From the NCBI GenBank assembly GCA_963790305.1, contig CAWBOC010000003.1, positions 32,001-96,000 on the forward strand: a stretch of 64,000 nucleotides of DNA. The letters run 5' to 3'. A program made the translations under genes and the position numbers. How positions within the stretch are numbered: the stretch's first letter is position 1; each line of letters opens with the position of its first letter. The stretch is from an uncultured Gemmatimonadaceae bacterium (GTDB lineage: Bacteria > Gemmatimonadota > Gemmatimonadetes > Gemmatimonadales > Gemmatimonadaceae). A model generated the notes under the pieces. The model did no database searches. It was not told the DNA's origin and saw only the letters and a list, made by a program, of their open reading frames with translations. Shown piece after piece: positions 1 to 10,368 of the stretch.

Positions 1-781
1 AGCCAGACGGGCTTCTACGCCGGATACGGCTTCGCCATTCCGATCACGCTCGCCAAGAGCGTGATGGAGGATCTCATCGCGCATGGTCGCGTTCGCCGCG
101 CCGTGCTCGGGATCGCGATCAACGAGGTGACGCCGGAAGACGCCGAAGCCGCCGGCCTCAAGGAGATTCGCGGCGCCCGCGTCGATGGCTTCACCGGCGA
201 GCCCAGTCCCGCCGAGCGCGCCGGGCTCGAAGTCGGCGACGTGATCGTTGCCATCAACGGTCAGCCCGTCGAGCGCGTGGCGTCACTCCAGCGAATCGTT
301 CGGGGCTTCGAGCCTGGCCAGCGTGTGCACGGTCGAAGTCATGCGGTTCGGCGAGCGCAAGACGGTCACCGTGCCGCTCACGGAAGCGCCGGCGGAGACG
401 CAGGTAGCTGCGCGCGCGAACGACGCTGTCGAGAACGCTTCGGTATCGAACGTCAAGCTCGGAATCTCGGTGGAGCCGATCCCGGTGGAGCTCGCTCGTC
501 AGGCAAATCTGGACGCCGACGCGCGCGGCCTGCTGGTGCGGGAAGTGGACCTCGACGGTCCGGCCAACCAGCAGCTGTTCGCCCGCACCGACGTGATCGC
601 CGAGGTGCTGCGCCCTGCCCCACGCCGTGCGGTGAAGACGGTCGCTGATCTCGAGCGCGCGATTTCGCGTGCGCGCGACGGAGAGATCGTGTCGCTGTAC
701 GTGTACAACATCGGCGCGCGAAGGGACGGCAGTGAACCGCAGGGACGCGTCGTCAATCTTCGCGTAGGCGGCGACGAGTAG
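1..781 (+). CDS. htrA: Do/DegP (HtrA) family serine protease, C-terminal part (end of protease domain plus two PDZ domains); partial, one frameshift near 330
   Basis: Frame 1 reads SQTGFYAGYGFAIP...GRVRRAVLGI...SPAERAGLEVGDVIVAING; the second PDZ continues in ORF 248..781. Confidence 0.88.
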
Positions 782-784
782 AGA

Positions 785-925
785 GGGAACTTCCGCAGAC
801 GTCAGGGATCAGACGTCAGGTCTCAGGGTGCGGATGAACCTACGGGGAGCCAATTACTGGCTCCCCGTAGTCGTTTCTGACTGCTGACCCCTGACGTCTG
901 AGACCTGACGTCTTCGGAAGTTCCC
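785..925. repeat. Palindromic intergenic element, family B copy 1 (heptamer arms plus central GGGGAGCCA/TGGCTCCCC hairpin)
   Basis: Terminal inverted repeat GGGAACTTCCG (785-795)/CGGAAGTTCCC (915-925), GACGTCAG-type arms, perfect 13-bp stem 840-852/858-870. Confidence 0.85.
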
Positions 926-997
926 GCTGGTGTTGGCTGCCGTCCCTGCGCTGGCAGAACTAGGCGCGAGCGCGCTCCAGCCTTAACTTTCCGGAAC

Positions 998-1079
998 GCG
1001 AAAGTGGCGGAACTGGTAGACGCGCAGGACTTAGGATCCTGTGGGGAAACCCGTCCGGGTTCGAGTCCCGGCTTTCGCA
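998..1079 (+). tRNA. tRNA-Leu (anticodon TAG); CCA not encoded directly after the discriminator
   Basis: Acceptor stem GCGAAAG/CTTTCGC, D-loop TGGTAGAC, anticodon arm CAGGA-CTTAGGA-TCCTG, long variable arm, T-arm CCGGG-TTCGAGT-CCCGG. Confidence 0.96.
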
Positions 1080-1117
1080 TCCACGTCACCGTTATGCGGC
1101 GGCTCGGTCGACGCTCG

Positions 1118-1672
1118 CTAGGGCTGCGCCTCCCCGACGCGGGACGGCGCGCCAAACATGTCGCGCTGACTGTGAGCGAACGCGGTGCGCAGGAGCGGGC
1201 GTCCGTCGGGGGCGCGCTGGGTGTCCGGGGCCTCGAAGACGAACGTCAGCCATTGATCGTACAGCGGCCGGGAGGGACGCTTCAGGGAGAAGCGCAGCGT
1301 ATCGACGAGACCGCCCGCTCGATCCCGCCGGATGCTCGAGAGCGGCGTCGCTACGCTCGCGTCCCCCACGCGCCACCGCGCGGCGGTATCGCCGCGGGCG
1401 AGCGCGACACGGAGGAGCACTTCGTCCTCAGGCTGTCCGCGGGTGTCGATCCGCCCCGACGTCACCAGCACCATGAGTGAATCTCGCCACACTTCCACCG
1501 TTCCCTCGAAGTCGCCGACGACGAAGAATTCCGTGTGCATCGACGACGCCCGAAACGGCCGTCGCTCTCCCGGCTCCAGATCCGGTTGCCGTGTCCTTCC
1601 AGCGCAGCCTGCCGCAACCGCGAAAGATGCGATCGCGAGGACGCAACGAAGTGGCAGTGTCGAGCGTTTCAC
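1118..1672 (-). CDS. Hypothetical lipoprotein
   Basis: GTG start at 1672 gives MKRSTLPLRCVLAIASFAVAAGC, a signal peptide ending in a lipobox-like AAGC. Confidence 0.6.
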   Translation of the reverse strand: MKRSTLPLRCVLAIASFAVAAGCAGRTRQPDLEPGERRPFRASSMHTEFFVVGDFEGTVEVWRDSLMVLVTSGRIDTRGQPEDEVLLRVALARGDTAARWRVGDASVATPLSSIRRDRAGGLVDTLRFSLKRPSRPLYDQWLTFVFEAPDTQRAPDGRPLLRTAFAHSQRDMFGAPSRVGEAQP

Positions 1673-1783
1673 GGCGGGTATCCCCTGATTGTCCGGTAGG
1701 GTCAGGATAGTCGACGGTCGGCGTCTCGATAAGCCCCCGCTGCCGGACGCAGCATTTCTTTGCACCCCCATTATCTTGTCACC

Positions 1784-3024
1784 ATGGATTTAGAAATCAC
1801 GACGAAGAAGTCGGAGGGCGGCGCGCGGCACCTCGAAGTGCGCGTTCCCGCTGAGACCGTGGCGGACGCCGAGGACAAGGCGGCCCGGCGGTACGCGACG
1901 AAGCTGCGGCTTCCCGGGTTCCGGCCGGGCAAGGCTCCCGCCGCGATCGTTCGAAAGCGCTTCGGGCCGGCCATCCGCGAGGAGGCACTCAACAGCCTGC
2001 TCAACGAGGCGTACAAGGAGATCCTCGAGCGCGAGAAGATCCAGCCGGCAGGGCAGCCGCGCGTCGAGCACGTGCACTTCGACGAAGGCCAGCCGCTGAC
2101 CTTCGAGCTGCACGTCGAGGTGCGCCCCGAGATCGTCCTCGCCCGAACCACTGGCTTCCGCGTGCAGCGGAATCGGCGCCCGGTGAGCGACGACCAGGTA
2201 CGCGACCAGATCGAGCACCTGCGCGACCAGCGGGCGACGTGGACGCCGCTCGAGGAGAAGCCGCTGCCCGGCGACCTGGTGTCGGTTGAGCTTGCGACCG
2301 CGGACGAGATCGGGGGAGATGCCGGAGGCCAAGCAGTATCAGGTCGTGCTGGGTGCCGGACAGGCGATCCCCGGCGTCGAAGAGGTGATCATGGAAGCCA
2401 CGCCTGGCCAAACGGTCGAGCGGCCGGTGAAGTGGCCTGAGGATTTCCCCGACGAGGCGCAGCGCGGCAAGACGAAAGCGGTGCGCGTGAAGCTGGTGGA
2501 CGTCAAGCGGAAGCAGCTGCCGGAGCTGGACGACGCCTTCGCGCGCGAGGTCGGCGACTTCGATTCCATCGACGCGCTGACCACGACGGTGCGCGACGAT
2601 CTCGACCGCCACGCCGATCGCGACGCCGATGCCGAGGTTCGTCAGCGCCTGGTCGATGACATCATCTCCGCCAATCCGTTCGACATTCCGCGCAGCTGGG
2701 TCGACCAGATGGTGGAGGCGTACATCGAGGCGTATCAGGTCCCCGAGGAAGAGCGCGAGCGGTTCCGCGGCGAGTTCCGGGCGGTGGCAGAGCGTCAGGT
2801 GCGTCGCGATCTGGTGATCGAGACGATCGCCGAGAAGCAGAGTCTCAAGGCGACGCGAGAGTGACATCGACACGCGCGTGGCCGAGGTCGCCGAGAAGCG
2901 CAACGCTGACCCGGGGCAAGTGTACGCGTCGTTACAGAAGGCAGGACGAATTCGCGAGCTCGAGCGAAGCATCACCGAAGACAAGGTCTTCGCGTGGCTG
3001 CTGGAGCAGAACATTGTTGAGTGA
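1784..3024 (+). CDS. tig: Trigger factor (two apparent frameshifts, near 2315 and 2860)
   Basis: Ribosome-binding motif [14 protein letters not shown]-like segment, LPELDDAFA; lies upstream of clpP-clpX. Confidence 0.93.
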
Positions 3025-3034
3025 AACGTCAAAG

Positions 3035-3670
3035 ATGACCGACCAAGGGAACCCCGTGCCAATGTCCACGATCTATCCGCCCTACGTAATCGAGCGCTCC
3101 AGCCGCGGCGAGCGCACCTACGACATCTTCTCGCGGCTCCTCATGGACCGCATCGTGTTCCTCGGCACGCCGATCAACGACGATGTGGCGAACATCGTGA
3201 TTGCCCAGCTGCTGTTCCTGCAGGCGGACAATCCGGAGCGCGACATCCACGTGTACATCAACTCGCCCGGCGGCAGCGTGTCGGCGGGCATGGCGATCTA
3301 CGACACGATGCAGTTCCTCACCGCGCCCATTCGCACGATCTGCATGGGCATGGCGGCGAGCATGGGCGCATTTCTGCTGGCGGCGGGTACCCCCGGGAAG
3401 CGTTCGGCTCTCCCGCACGCCCGCATCATGATTCACCAGCCGTCAGGCGGAACGCAGGGCACGGCGGCGGACATCGAGATTCAGGCGCGTGAGATTCTGT
3501 ATCTTCGGTCGAAGATGAACGAGCTCTTCTCGAAGCATACGGGACGTCCCGTGGAGCAGATCGAGCGCGACGTCGATCGCGATCGCTTCATGTCGTCCGA
3601 CGAAGCGCGCTCGTACGGCATCATCGACCACGTGATTAGCGCGGCTAAACCAGTCGAGGTCACCAAGTAA
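3035..3670 (+). CDS. clpP: ATP-dependent Clp protease proteolytic subunit
   Basis: [30 protein letters not shown] (catalytic Ser), IMIHQP. Confidence 0.97.
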   Translation: MTDQGNPVPMSTIYPPYVIERSSRGERTYDIFSRLLMDRIVFLGTPINDDVANIVIAQLLFLQADNPERDIHVYINSPGGSVSAGMAIYDTMQFLTAPIRTICMGMAASMGAFLLAAGTPGKRSALPHARIMIHQPSGGTQGTAADIEIQAREILYLRSKMNELFSKHTGRPVEQIERDVDRDRFMSSDEARSYGIIDHVISAAKPVEVTK

Positions 3671-3722
3671 TCGGGCTGTTCGTGGTTAGCTTTCCGTTGC
3701 AGTTTGCAGTCGCAATTGATGC

Positions 3723-3740
3723 TTGTGAAATTCTTCACGA
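3723..3740. promoter_or_regulatory. Palindromic operator-like site (Rex or CRP/FNR-type) upstream of clpX
   Basis: TTGTGAA-ATTC-TTCACGA: one mismatch from Rex consensus TTGTGAA-N4-TTCACAA; also fits TGTGA-N6-TCACA. Confidence 0.55.
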
Positions 3741-3762
3741 GCGTCGCTGACAATCGTTACGC

Positions 3763-3782
3763 TTGACCGGGTCGGGGGTCAA
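3763..3782. promoter_or_regulatory. TTGACC-N8-GGTCAA inverted repeat overlapping a candidate -35 element for clpX
   Basis: Perfect 6-bp inverted repeat within the AT-richer clpP-clpX spacer. Confidence 0.4.
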
Positions 3783-3873
3783 TCATTACGTATAGGCGCC
3801 CCCCCGCCCCGGCTTCAGACCGGGGCAACACGCCTGCCCCGCGGGCACCCGGTTTCCCTGTCTCGAGCAACTA

Positions 3874-5122
<1,249 letters not shown>

Positions 5123-5124
<2 letters not shown>

Positions 5125-5231
5125 GGCGCTAAGGGCGCTAGACGCGCTAAAGGCGCTGAGGGGCAATCCCTCAGCGCCTTCGCCTTTTGCGCCTCTAGCG
5201 CCTTTAGCGCCTTTAGCGCCTTTAGCGCCTT
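5123..5231. repeat. Palindromic nonamer element, family A copy 1
   Basis: Tandem (G/A)AGGCGCTA-like units, core GGCGCTGAGGG...CCCTCAGCGCC, then inverted TAGCGCCTT units. Confidence 0.9.
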
Positions 5232-5250
5232 CGTCTTAGATTCTCTCCTC

Positions 5251-7634
5251 ATGCCCCTCGTCACTCGCGACGCCGACTCGTACGACATTCCGGAGCGCCT
5301 GCCGGTCCTGCCGCTGCGCGATCTCGTCGTGTTCCCGTACATGGTGGTCCCCCTCCTCGTCGGGCGCACCGCCTCTCTCGCCGCGATTGACGAAGCGGGA
5401 CGCACTGAGCGGTGGGTCTTCCTGGTCGCGCAGCGAAGCGCCGACGTGCAGGAGCCAGCCGCGGCGGATCTGTTCCGCGTCGGCGTGATAGGGCGAATCG
5501 TCCAGACAACGCGCCTGCCGAACGGAACGATCAAGGTGCTCGTCGAAGGGGTGGCTCGCGCCCGGGCGATGCGGTTCACGACCGCCGAAGGGCATCAGCG
5601 CGTTACGATCGCGGCGCTCCCGCTCGAGCCGGGCGACGACGCGACCGGTCACGCCATCGTGCGGCGCGCCGATGAGCTGTTCGAGGAATACGTCGCGCTG
5701 CACCGGCGCCTCCCGGGAGAGGTCCTCTCGGTGGCGCGCGAAGCGGAGACCGCTGACAAGCGTGCGTTCGCCATGGCGGCGCACCTGCTCGTCCGCCTCG
5801 AGGACCGGCAGCGCCTGCTCGAGTCGGCCACACGGGCCGAGCTCCTCTCGCGCATCGCGGAGCTTCTTGCCTCCGAGCTCGAGCTGCTGAGGCTCGAGCG
5901 GAAGATCGAGGACGACGTCAAAGGCGCGATCTTTCAGAACCAGCGCGAGTTCTACCTGCACGAGCAGCTGCGGGCGATTCACCGCGAGCTCGGGCAGGAA
6001 GAGAGCGACGATTTCGACGAGCTCGAGGCCGCGATCAGCCGCAAGGGGTTCCCGGAGGCGGTGCGCGCCCGAGCCGATCGCGAGCTGCGCAAGCTGCGGC
6101 GCACGCCGTCGCTCTCGCCCGAAGCGGCCGTCGCGCGCAACTATCTCGATTGGCTGGTGGCGCTGCCGTGGACGGAGCGCTCCGATGACGCCATCGACGT
6201 CGCGCACGCGCGTATTGTGCTGGAGGAGGACCATCACGGTCTCGAGGAGGTGAAGGATCGCATCCTCGATTTCATCGCCGTGCTCGGGCGGGTGGGCACG
6301 CTCGAGGGGCCGATCCTCTGTCTCGTCGGGCCGCCGGGCGTCGGAAAAACCTCGCTCGGCCGCTCGGTCGCCCGCGCGCTCGGACGCCGGTTCGTCCGCA
6401 TGTCGCTCGGCGGCGTTCGTGACGAAGCGGAGATTCGCGGTCACCGACGCACGTACATCGGCGCCATGCCCGGTCGGGTCGTGCAGGCCATGCGCCGCGC
6501 CGAGGTGATCAACCCGGTGCTGCTGCTGGACGAGGTCGACAAGCTCGGCCAGGACTGGCGCGGCGATCCCGCCGCTGCGCTGCTCGAAGTGCTCGATCCC
6601 GAGCAGAACCGCGCGTTCAACGATCACTACCTCGAGGTCGATTACGACCTGTCGTCGGTGCTCTTCGTGACGACCGCCAACTCGCTGGCGAACATCCCCG
6701 ACGCGCTGCGCGATCGGATGGAGATCATTCGCCTGCCGGGCTACCTCGATCACGAGAAGCACGCCATCGCGCGACGGTTTCTCATCCCGAAGCAGCTGCG
6801 TGCGAACGGCATCGATCCGGCCACCGTGGCGTGGGAGGACGGAGCGGTGCCCGCGATCGTGCGGGGATGGACTCGTGAGGCGGGCGTACGCGAGCTCGAG
6901 CGGCGGATCTCTCGCATCGCGCGCAAGCTCGCGCGCGGGCGCGCCGAGCGAAGCGCCGAGCCTGCTGAAGAGCGTGTGCAGGTGAGCGAACTCGCCGACG
7001 CTCCTCGGCACATCGCCGTTCGACGAGGACGATGTGACGCTCGACGACAAGGTCGGCGTCGCGGCCGGCCTCGCGTACACATCGGTCGGTGGCGAGGTGC
7101 TCGAGATCGAGGTCAGCGTCGTCCCCGGCCGCGGAAAGCTGCAGCTCACCGGTGCGCTCGGCGACGTGATGAAGGAATCGGCGACGGCGGCCATCAGCTA
7201 CGCGCGGGCCCGCGCGAAGCCGCTCGGCCTCGAGCCCGATTTCCACCGCACGCGCGACATCCACATCCACATTCCGTCGGGCGCCACGCCGAAGGACGGA
7301 CCCTCGGCCGGGATCGCGATCGCGAGCGCGGTGGTGAGTGCGCTCACCGGCATTCCGCTGCGGGGCGGGCTCGCCATGACCGGCGAAATCACGCTGCGTG
7401 GGCGCGTCCTTCCCATCGGCGGACTCAAGGAGAAGTCGGTCGCGGCGCTGCGCACGGGCATTCGAGAGGTCGTCATTCCCCGTGGAAACGCGCGCGAGCT
7501 GCCGGAGCTGCCGGAGGAAGTGCGCACCTCGGTGCGCTTTCACGTCGTGTCGAGCATGGATGAGGTGCTCGCGCATGCCCTCTCGCCGATGACCGCGACG
7601 CAGGGGCTCCACGCGTCCGCAGGTCGCACACTGA
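5251..7634 (+). CDS. lon: Lon protease (endopeptidase La); frameshifts near 7010-7030 and probably 7570-7630
   Basis: LPVLPLRD N-domain, [23 protein letters not shown]; protease domain PKDGPSAG...IGGLKEK in ORF 7034; TGA at 7632-7634 overlaps the engB ATG. Confidence 0.93.
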
Positions 7635-8267
7635 TGACGACCGCGCGCGAGGCCGATCCGCTCGTCATCCGGCGGCTCGAGTTCCTCGGCGGCCAGGCAT
7701 CGGTCACGGGGTGGAAGCCCACCAGCGAGCTTCCCGAGATCGCGTTCAGCGGACGCTCCAACGTCGGGAAGTCGTCGCTGCTGAACAAGCTCGTCAAGCG
7801 GAAAGCGCTGGCGCGCGTGAGCGCGACGCCCGGCAAGACGCGCGAGATCAACTTCTTTCGTGTGAACGACGCGTTTCACCTCGTCGATCTCCCCGGCTAC
7901 GGCTACGCACGCGTCTCGAAGGCGGCGCGCGAAGCGTGGCGGCCGCTGATCGAAGGATATCTGGAGACGAGCGAGCATCTTCGCGGTGTCGTGCAGCTCA
8001 TCGACGCGCGACACGCGCCGTCCGACGACGACCTTCGCATGATGGACTTTCTCGGGTCGGTCGGCGTGCCGACCATTGTCGTCGCCACGAAGGTGGACAA
8101 GCTCTCGAGGGCGGAGCGCGGTCAGACGCTGGCAGCGCTTGCCGCGCGGCTCGGTGTCGAGGACGAGCAGCTCATTCCCTTCAGCGCGCGAACGGGCGAA
8201 GGTCGCGATGAGCTGGCGCACGCGGTGGTCGTCGTTGCTTGCGCAGCCGTCATGGAGAGACCAGTGA
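7634..8267 (+). CDS. engB: Ribosome biogenesis GTPase YihA/YsxC (EngB); frameshift near 8230
   Basis: GRSNVGKSS, TPGKT, DLPGYG, TKVDK; follows lon. Confidence 0.93.
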
Positions 8268-8903
8268 GAGCGTTCCTGCTCACACTGCTTTCGGTGAACC
8301 CTCGCATGCGCCTCGGGCACAGGCAGTCGAGCGCCGGACACGCCCGCCAATGCAACACGGCCCGAGCAGGCGACCGCGGACCTCCCGGTCGGCTTCGGCA
8401 CGCTGCATCAGGAAGACATCGCGCTTCGGATTCAATTGCCGTCGGTGCTGGTGCGCGCCCTCCCGCTGGACGAATCGGTGATTCGGGTGCTGTCGCCGGA
8501 CTCGTATCGAGGGCTGCACGAGCTGGTGACGAGCCGGCAGGCCGAGCTCGATGAGCGCGCGCGACGCTACGGCGCGCGGCAGCCGAGCCTATGGTACTTC
8601 TCCTATTACGGCGTGCAGCCGGACGCGCGCTTTTCGCCCGAGGAAGTGGTCATTACCAGCGCGGGCCGCGTCTTCCGTCCGCTGTCGATCGTGCCTCTCA
8701 CGACCGGCTTCGGCGAGCAGCGTCTCGAGCAGCGCGGCGTACAGACGGCGATCTACATCTTCGACGACGGCGTGGACGTGAACCTTCCGCTGGTCGTAAC
8801 CGTTCAAGGAGTACCGAGCGCCGGCTGGGAGGCGAACCTGCGCCGCATCGAGCGGGAGCGCGCACTCGTGCGCTCGCGAGCCGCGGCGCGATCGGGCAAC
8901 TAG
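8264..8903 (+). CDS. Hypothetical exported protein (frameshifted in its 5' part)
   Basis: GTG overlapping the engB stop (GTGA) starts a signal-like MRAFLLTLL; the body is in ORF 8436..8903. Confidence 0.6.
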
Positions 8904-8978
8904 AGTCGAGGCCTCGGACCGCCGAAGACCGTAACTAACTGCCACGTCAACAGTGTTACGAACGGACCGGTAACGATC

Positions 8979-9812
8979 ATGGTTCTCCGCCCCCTCCGCG
9001 CCCTCACTCGCGCGCCGCGCTTGCCGGTCGTCGAAGCATGGCTCGAACAGCTCGCCGATGAACTGAAGGGTTCCGACGCCGATCGCGCCGAGATCTGTCG
9101 GCGGACGCTGGCCGAGCTCGTCTATCCCGAGTACGCGCGCAACTGGGAGACGGCGGTGGAGGACGAGTCGGTTCCGCTCGCGACGCGAGCGGCGCTGCTC
9201 GCGCTCGATCCGCGCAACATCACGCTCGAGCCGGAATACTACGCCGAGTGCGACGACGCGAAATTCCAGCGCGTGAAGCCGCTATTGTGGCTCTGGTACT
9301 CGTTCGACCGCACGGTGCGTTGGCGGACAGAACGTCGACGTGGGCGTGCGCCTGCGCCGGCTGCTCGCGCCGCAATGATCTTCAAGCGCGTGGGAGCGAA
9401 CTTCAAATGCTTCCAGTTCGTCGAGTTCTCCTTCGGCTACAATCTCGACGTGGGTGACGATGTCGTCGTGCACCGCCACGTTCTGCTGGATGACCGCGGC
9501 GGCATCGTGCTGGGTAACCGCGTCTCGATCAGCGATTACGCGAACATCTACTCCCACACGCACAGCATCGTCGACCAGAAGGACGTCACCGATCTCGAGA
9601 CGGTGCTCGAGGACGACGTCCGCATCACCTATCACGCGACGGTGCTCGCCGGCGTGCGCGTCGGGCAGAACGCGATGGTGGGCGCGATGGCCGTGGCGAC
9701 GAAGGACGTCCGCGCCTTCCACGTAAACGTCGGGATCCCGGCGAAGAGCGTGCGCGTGAAGCCGAACGCGCCACCGGACGCGTATGCGACCGTTCGGCGA
9801 CCGAGAGAGTAG
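8979..9812 (+). CDS. Acyltransferase, hexapeptide-repeat (left-handed beta-helix) family, with helical N-terminal extension
   Basis: VGDDVV, LGNRVSI, LEDDVRI, VGQNAMVGAMAVATKDV repeats; apparent compensating indels near 9320-9375. Confidence 0.85.
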   Translation: MVLRPLRALTRAPRLPVVEAWLEQLADELKGSDADRAEICRRTLAELVYPEYARNWETAVEDESVPLATRAALLALDPRNITLEPEYYAECDDAKFQRVKPLLWLWYSFDRTVRWRTERRRGRAPAPAARAAMIFKRVGANFKCFQFVEFSFGYNLDVGDDVVVHRHVLLDDRGGIVLGNRVSISDYANIYSHTHSIVDQKDVTDLETVLEDDVRITYHATVLAGVRVGQNAMVGAMAVATKDVRAFHVNVGIPAKSVRVKPNAPPDAYATVRRPRE

Positions 9813-9890
9813 AATGCGGAATCCGGAATGCGGATGCGATGCGGATACGGTCACACGTTAGGGTTGATCCGCATTCCGAATTCCGCATTC
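9812..9890. repeat. Palindromic heptamer element (GGAATGC units) between convergent genes
   Basis: 24-bp inverted repeat 9812-9835/9867-9890 with one mismatch. Confidence 0.85.
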
Positions 9891-9896
9891 GAGCGT

Positions 9897-10368
9897 TCAC
9901 TTTACGCGCAGAACGTCCTCCACCGTCCCCGCATCCCCTCCACGCAGCAGCTCCGCCGCGTCGCGCACGTTCGCGCGCTCGCGCGGCCAGGCGAAGCGGC
10001 GCTCGGCGTCGGCAATGGGCAGCCACTCGGCGCGCGTGTGCTCGGGACTCAGACGTAACTGCGCGTCGCGTACGACGGCGGCGAACACTACGGCGAGCAT
10101 CACCGCGCTCTGCTGGTGCAGATAGAAGGGCTGCACCGTGATGTTGTACAGGCGCTCCACGGTGAGGCCGGTCTCTTCGCGAACCTCCCGCATCGCCGCA
10201 TCCTCGGGCCGCTCGCCAGGCTCAATGCGGCCGTGCACCGTCTCCCAGGCCCCTGGGCAGCGCACTCCGGGCGCCCGCTCGAGAACGAGCGCGTCCCACT
10301 CCCCACTCTCGGCGTCGCAGCACGAAGACGTCGACGACGCCGACGCGAACCGCCGTCGCGTCGCTCAA
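9897..10368 (-). CDS. NUDIX hydrolase (NudB-like); frameshift near 10300
   Basis: Nudix box GRIEPGERPEDAAMREVREETGL, then LSPEH...W; TTG start overlaps the upstream stop. Confidence 0.85.

Noticed and set aside
998..1800. Genomic island or prophage integrated at tRNA-Leu
   Set aside because: No integrase, no duplicated tRNA 3' end, and core genes resume within about 700 bp.
5236..8401. Long antisense ORFs (for example 5236..7194, 6782..8401, also 28126..29745 and 56887..58425)
   Set aside because: Shadow frames opposite well-supported genes, expected in high-GC DNA; no recognisable motifs.
7034..8554. Apparent Lon protease domain-EngB fusion ORF (506 aa)
   Set aside because: A TGATG stop/start overlap at 7632-7636 and a GTGA overlap at 8264-8267 mark normal gene boundaries; nearby indels explain the read-through.
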